42,197 nucleotides of DNA from Octopus bimaculoides (taxonomy: Eukaryota). The notes beneath the pieces are model-generated. The model did not search any database. It was not told the origin of the DNA and saw only the letters and a program-made list of their open reading frames with translations. A program made the translations under genes and the position numbers. Shown here piece by piece: positions 36,481-42,197 of this stretch. The DNA lies in NCBI RefSeq assembly GCF_001194135.2, contig NC_068997.1, positions 31,255,629 to 31,297,825 on the forward strand, written 5' to 3'. Numbering within the stretch: position 1 is the first letter of the stretch; each line of letters starts with the position of its first letter.

Positions 36481-38908
36481 TTTTTTTTTCTTCTTCAAAT
36501 TCTCTTCCATTTCTGACCGAGTGTTTTCCGTACACCTAGGGCAGAGAAGCTCATTGTATGTATTCCCAGTCTACACACGCAAATTCACAGGTAAAATATG
36601 TATTTAATAAATAAATAATTAAATAAATTCATGAATGGATGTTGTTTTCACAGCGATAATGTTCTTCTCAGTATATGAGTCGTTCCAGTTAACACGATTT
36701 TTTGCACTTCCTGTAGGGATGGTAAGCCTGGTATCATTTTAAATAGGTTTCAGTATCTTTTTTTATCATTCCTAGAAATCCTACAATCACTGCTGCGGTA
36801 GTCGCCTTGAGATGCCACATTTATTTCAATTTCTATTAGTAAGTCTTTATATTTACTGATCTTGTCAAATTCTTTCGCCGCTATATTATGATCGCAGGGA
36901 ATACTCATGTCAATTAATAAACACATCTTCTTTGTCTGATCTTTTATAATAATATCCGGTTTATTAGCTTTTATAGTTTTGTCGGTATGTACGGGGAAAT
37001 CCCAGAGAATCGACACATTTTCTCCCCCAATCAAAGCTTCACGATGGTGTTTATACCACTTGCCAACAGTTTTGATTTTATAATGCCGACATATTGTCCA
37101 GTGTAAATACTGCCCGTTTCTGTCATGTCTTGCTTTATATTCTACAGGTGCTAAGACTCTACATGAGATTAGGTGGTGTATAGTTTTAATCTCATCGTTA
37201 CAGTATCGGCATTTTGGGTCAGCTCCATTTTTTATCACATTGGCTTGGTAGTTCCGGGTTAATAAGCTTTGGTCTTGAGCAGCTAATATGAAACCTTCAC
37301 TTGTTTGCTGCCGCCCACATACTTGCCATACAGAGGTTTCTGTTCCCATCTGCTAGCTAATTTTTCATGTGCTTTTGTCTTTGCAATTAATTTTATTTTC
37401 TTTGCAGCAGCAGTTGGCGCATTTCCTTCAACCGGATCAATCTGGTAGGTATCTAAGAGATCAGAAGCGAATTTTTAGCTCTCTTTTAGAATAGAGTGAA
37501 GTTTTTTCGGTCTTTCATGTTTTTCAAGAAATTTTAGTATCCAATCGTTGGATGTTTCAAGGTATTTGGCCAGTCCGATCTCGATGGTTTTGTACGTACG
37601 TTCAAGCTGGATCAAGCCTCGACCTCCCTGAGCTCTGGGAAGGTAAAGACGATCCACGTCTGCCTTTGGATGGTGCATCTTATTACAAGTCAGTAGCTTG
37701 CGGATTTTTCTATCAAATTTGACTATTTCACTGGTATTCCAGTTAAGCACATTGAAGCTATAAAGAACTGGGACTGCTAAGGAATTTACGGCTAACACCT
37801 TATTATATGCATTCAGCTCAGACGTCAGAACTGTTCGAACTCTTCTATAACATTCCTTCTTAACCTTCTCTTTCATGCTTGCATGGTGGATACCAGAGCC
37901 TTCATTTATTTCTAGGTATTTATAGGTTTGTTCCTGCTCAAGTTCCTTTATTACTCTTTCGACATCTAATTCGATTGAACTTGACTTTACCAGTTTCCCT
38001 TTCTTAAAAGTGGCTTTGGAACACTTTTCAAGGCCAAACTCCATTCCGATAGCATCACTGAATCATTTCACAGTATGTAGTAGCCCTTCAAGCTCTTCAT
38101 TATCTTTGCCATATAGCTTTAAATCATCCATATAAAATAGATGGCTTATTTTCCTGTTGTTAATTTTGTAGCCATACCCTGTTCTATTCAGTTTGCTTGA
38201 GAGTAGTATTAGTGCTATGCAGAAAATTAGCGGTGAAAGTGAGTCACCTTGGAAAATGCCACAGTTTATGCTAATACTGTTTGAGCGCAATACTCCATCA
38301 CAATGATATAATTGGAGCTTCGTGTTCCATGGTGAAATATAATACTTTAAAAAATCTGAAATTAGAGGAGACATTTTGAAAATGTCCAGCGATTTCAGAA
38401 TCCACGAAAGTAGTATGCTGTCAAAGGCTTCTTTTATAATCAATCCATGAAGAGCTGAGATCTCTGCGCTTGTTATGGCAGTTCTCAAGGATCATGCGAT
38501 TAATTAGGAGCTGATCTTTGCATCCGTATGAGCCTCGTTTGCATCCTTTTTGTTCAGTGGGAAAGAGGTTATTCTCTTCCATAATCGTATGTTTTCTCCA
38601 CTAGAATAGATGTCAAAATCTTATAGGTAGTAGACAAATATGTTATAGACCGGAAATTTTTGGGTCTTTGGTTTCGTTATTTTTGGAGAGGAGGTAAGTA
38701 ATACCATTTGCCATCAAATGGGGAGTATTTTCCAGGTCTTTCATAATACTATTAAATAGTATTACTAACAGTTCTGTATGCTGATGAGAGTGATGAGAGC
38801 CAGAAATTTGGTACTCTATCAATACCAGGGGATTTCCACTTATGAGCCTTCGTTAGTGCCCTCCTTAGGTCGGTGATTGAGATGTCTTCCCATACCTGTT
38901 CTTGTAGA

Positions 38909-38910
<2 letters not shown>
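36481..38910 (-). mobile_element. R4/Dong-type LINE copy D (RT0 to 3' end, 5'-truncated)
   Basis: KAHKWKSPGIDRVPNFW, KEAFDS, GIFQGDSLSPLIF, HLFYMDDLKLY, MHHPKADVDRLY, C..C...IHHLISC...EYKARHD and ILWDF..TDKTIKANKPDI...KEFDKISKY (zinc knuckle + RLE). (ATT)n on both sides. Confidence 0.9.
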
Positions 38911-38966
<56 letters not shown>

Positions 38967-38969
38967 TAT

Positions 38970-39168
38970 TATAGATAATATTAGGACTGCTATGGCTCCT
39001 CTGGAAGGAATGTGTAAATAATTAAAGAAGAAGAATTCCACAATTAAATTCGTTGAACGATACTTCGGTATCTCGTGTAACCTTCAACTGGTTCAAAATT
39101 TGATATGTCAGTCTACTTCATTTTTTTATAGATAATATTAGGACTGCTATGGCTCCTCTGGAAGGAAT
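38970..39168 (-). repeat. 157-bp unit plus a perfect 42-bp direct repeat, containing a hammerhead-like motif
   Basis: tatagataatattaggactgctatggctcctctggaaggaat at 38970-39011 and 39127-39168. Minus 39096-39053 reads ttgaac-CAGTTGA-A-ggt..acc-GAAG-T-ATC-gttcaa. Confidence 0.75.
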
Positions 39169-39893
39169 ATGTACTTCAAGTTTTCCCGCTAAAACTATTT
39201 TCACTCACACACACACACACACACGTGAAAATGGACGTTTGATGCATAAAAAAACTTCTGTATTGCATCTTAAATATGGTAAATGTGATCAACCTAAGAG
39301 ACAGAAAGTTGAAACAAAAAGAAACCACAAACTAGCAGCATATTTAAATATTCAGGAAATATATGTGAACCAATAAGAGTTTGGAGAATCAGATGGGGTG
39401 GGCGCCCACAGTGACTTAGTATTATAAATAATGACAAGAGGGAAAGCATTGGTATAAGGAAGGAGTTAGAGTCATCAAAAGTCCAATAGAAAAGGATGTC
39501 AGTAGAATTCTCTGACGAACTTAGAGAGGAGGCGAGGAACAAGACAAGTGTCACATCGTATCACATAGGAGCAGTAGAGCTATAGATAAGGAGAAATTAA
39601 GTGCATCATATTTTAGGGATACTAAACTTCCAGGAATCAGACGTGGCTTGAGATGTAATATCAACCTATAATATGCGGTCTAACAAATGATTTACTTTTC
39701 CAAGTAAGAAAAAAATACACGTATATAGACACGCACACATACAAATAATTTACCTTTCCACCTAATAAAAAATACATGCATATAGACACACACATATACA
39801 CACACACCAAAACACACCCAGACCCATAATCCCAAACAACACACACATACACACATACACACAAGCCCCAAAACAAACCCATAATCTCGAACA

Positions 39894-39932
<39 letters not shown>

Positions 39933-39935
<3 letters not shown>

Positions 39936-40051
39936 GGGTGTGGTTTAGTGGTTAGGGTGTCAGCTTCATGATCGTAAGATTGTGGTATTGTGGTTTCGAT
40001 TCTGGACCGGGCGACGCATTGTGTTCTTGAGCAAAACACTTCATTTCACGT
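39933..40051 (+). mobile_element. tRNA-derived SINE head (runs into gap)
   Basis: A-box-like tggtttagtggt and B-box-like ggtttcgattc, followed by gtgttcttgagcaaaacactt. Confidence 0.75.
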
Positions 40052-40532
40052 NNNNNNNNNNNNNNNNNNNNNNNNNNNNNNNNNNNNNNNNNNNNNNNNN
40101 NNNNNNNNNNNNNNNNNNNNNNNNNNNNNNNNNNNNNNNNNNNNNNNNNNNATCCCATGTAATCTCCTCCATATTGTCCAAGATTCTGAGATCAACATCC
40201 AGTCTCTTCCATGAAGCTGAAAGTCCTGTGATTGGTGTTACACACACACGCACAAAGACACACACACGCACAAAGACACACACACACACACACACATATA
40301 TACACAGGCATATGTGATTGTGTATTATGTATGAATATATATACACACACATACATACATACATACATACATGCATACATACATACATACCCATTGACAT
40401 GCCGCTGGTATTTATAGTGTCAAACATTTTCGGTATGCAAATTAGGAATTCCTTCGTAGAGTAACTGCAACATTTGTTGAGTATATAAACAGTTTGGCTA
40501 CTTGTTTTTCTGGAGAATGTCAGAATTGTGTG

Positions 40533-40579
40533 AACGCCTCTGATGAGAATGCAACAAGGTTTGAAAATCAATTAAGGTT
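40533..40579 (+). ncRNA. Minimal type I hammerhead-like motif, intact core
   Basis: gcct-CTGATGA(40540-46)-gaat(gcaacaag)gttt-GAAA-ATCAAT-TA-aggt. The stems are short and need G-U pairs. Confidence 0.5.
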
Positions 40580-40664
40580 GATCATTTTTTTTTCAGTCAG
40601 TGGAGAAATATCTAAAATTTGCCTTGTTTATAATTATGTCATGTGTTACACACACACACACACA

Positions 40665-40739
<75 letters not shown>

Positions 40740-40896
40740 GGGGAAATTAGGAACAGGCTCTACTGGTATGACCTATTTAAAGTTGATTCTTCCCATCTCT
40801 AATAATATAATATATAGAAGCTGGTTTTCTAATATTAAAAACAGTACCTAGTGATATTAAGATGAAAACTACTATATAAAAAAATAGAAGCATACA

Positions 40897-40932
<36 letters not shown>

Positions 40933-41021
40933 GAGAATGTACGAAAAAACAACCACAGACGAGGACAGGTGGTGTAAATAACAAAAGGATGTATTAGTAT
41001 GACGGTCGGGAATACGGAAAG

Positions 41022-41058
41022 TCTTTGACGTTTCGAGCTACGCTCTTCAACAGAAAGA
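41022..41058 (-). ncRNA. Minimal hammerhead-like motif in the PLE pseudo-LTR, variant core
   Basis: Minus: tcttt-CTGTTGA-A-gagc(gta)gctc-GAAAC-GTC-aaaga. Perfect 5-bp stem I and 4-bp stem II, GUC triplet. Confidence 0.6.
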
Positions 41059-41658
41059 ATACGGAGACAAGGAGAAAAACACGGAGAAAAAAAATTGAAT
41101 AATGTTCAGTCAACGGTCAATCATAATAATGGCTAATAATGGCTGACCGGAAGTTAGAAATTCTTTTTTCAGGAGAGCTAAGAAAAGGGGGAGATAACAA
41201 ACGGTGATCGAAGAACGAGGGGANNNNNNNNNNNNNNNNNNNNNNNNNNNNNNNNNNNNNNNNNNNNNNNNNNNNNNNNNNNNNNNNNNNNNNNNNNNNN
41301 NNNNNNNNNNNNNNNNNNNNNNNNNNNNNNNNNNNNNNNNNNNNNNNNNNNNNNNNNNNNNNNNNNNNNNNNNNNNNNNNNNNNNNNNNNNNNNNNNNNN
41401 NNNNNNNNNNNNNNNNNNNNNNNNNNNNNNNNNNNNNNNNNNNNNNNNNNNNNNNNNNNNNNNNNNNNNNNNNNNNNNNNNNNNNNNNNNNNNNNNNNNN
41501 NNNNNNNNNNNNNNNNNNNNNNNNNNNNNNNNNNNNNNNNNNNNNNNNNNNNNNNNNNNNNNNNNNNNNNNNNNNNNNNNNNNNNNNNNNNNNNNNNNNN
41601 NNNNNNNNNNNNNNNNNNNNNNNNNNNNNNNNNNNNNNNNNNNNNNNNNNNNNNNNNN

Positions 41659-42060
41659 GGTATGGGAGGGGAGAGAAAGAGAGGAAGAGAGGAGAGAGTG
41701 TGGGTATAAGAGAGGGAAGGTGGATGTGAGAGAGGGGGAAGGTGGGTAGGGGGGAAGAGAGGAAGAGAAAGAGAGTGACAGAGAAGAGAGTGAGAGAGAG
41801 GGAAAGAGAGAAGAGAGTGAGAGAGTAAGGGTGAGAGAGTAAGAAAGTAAGAGTGTAGAGAGTAAGAGTGAGAGAGAGTGAGAGAGAGGGAAAGAGAGAA
41901 GAGAGTGTGAGTGAGAGAGTAAGGGTGAGAGAGTAAGAGTGTGGAGAATAAGAGTGAGAGAGGGGGGAGTACGAGAGAAGAGAGTGAGAGAGAGTAAGAG
42001 AGACGAGAGAAAGAGTAGGGGTGGTAGGAGGGAGGGTGGGGGGAGAGGCAGGAGGAGGGG
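41659..42060. repeat. GA-rich low-complexity tract
   Basis: Imperfect (GA)n / gagagtaag repeats read directly. Confidence 0.9.
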
Positions 42061-42197
42061 TTAGATGAAGAGGGGAGGGGAGTTGAGCCCATATGGAGCA
42101 AAGGAGCGAAGAGAGAAGATTAATCCATGTTCACGGCGCAAACGGGAGTCCGGACGGCTCCTGTGCATGGACAATCCAAACACGGACAGGTGTTGCT

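Larger units (their letters stand above)
10230..41658. other. Assembly gaps (13 N-runs)
   Basis: Approximate N-runs: 10230-10618, 12669-13038, 15343-15352, 18833-19436, 20892-21381, 23426-23795, 26249-27243, 28389-28398, 30797-31397, 31927-31936, 34541-35190, 40052-40151, 41224-41658. Many abut microsatellites. Confidence 0.95.
40931..42197 (-). mobile_element. 3' end of a Penelope-like element (GIY-YIG C-terminus, CT-rich UTR, pseudo-LTR); continues beyond the window
   Basis: Minus 42197-42061 reads LSVFGLSMHRSRPDSRLRREHGLIFSLRSFAPYGLNSPPLFI* (PLE-type E..LIF.L...P.GLN). Then a (CT)-rich tract, a gap, a hammerhead-like motif and an (AT)n boundary. Confidence 0.75.

Noticed and set aside
38781-38813. 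CTGATGA...GAAA...TA inside Dong copy D
   Set aside because: No stem II or stem I pairing, and it lies antisense within RT coding sequence; chance match.
10190-42101. Long ORF-track entries spanning N-runs (e.g. 26151-27251, 18731-19534, 34407-35363, 41178-42101)
   Set aside because: They are open only because N codons contain no stops; assembly-gap artefacts.

Overview
AT-rich, microsatellite-dense eukaryotic draft scaffold with 13 N-gaps. The SINE families and repeat landscape suggest an octopus-type cephalopod; this is inference from recalled repeat motifs, not a database hit. No host protein-coding exon, rRNA, tRNA gene or CRISPR array is supported. Most of the sequence is decayed transposons: Penelope-like elements (PLEs; RT + GIY-YIG), R4/Dong-type RLE LINEs sitting in (TAA)n arrays, Tx1/L1-, CR1-group and RTE LINEs, a Gypsy gag remnant, two mariners, a Chapaev3-like (CMC) transposon and tRNA-derived SINEs. 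The most interesting signals are RNA-level. There are at least six type I hammerhead-ribozyme-like motifs, mostly in PLE ends or short orphan units. Some have non-canonical cores, and one lies in a 157-bp unit flanked by a perfect 42-bp direct repeat, resembling a retro-copied circular or multimeric RNA. Also seen are a 54-bp fold-back hairpin made from Tx1 RT sequence and a 3' tail shared between a SINE and a CR1-group LINE. Element boundaries are read by eye and are approximate unless TIR/TSD coordinates are given.
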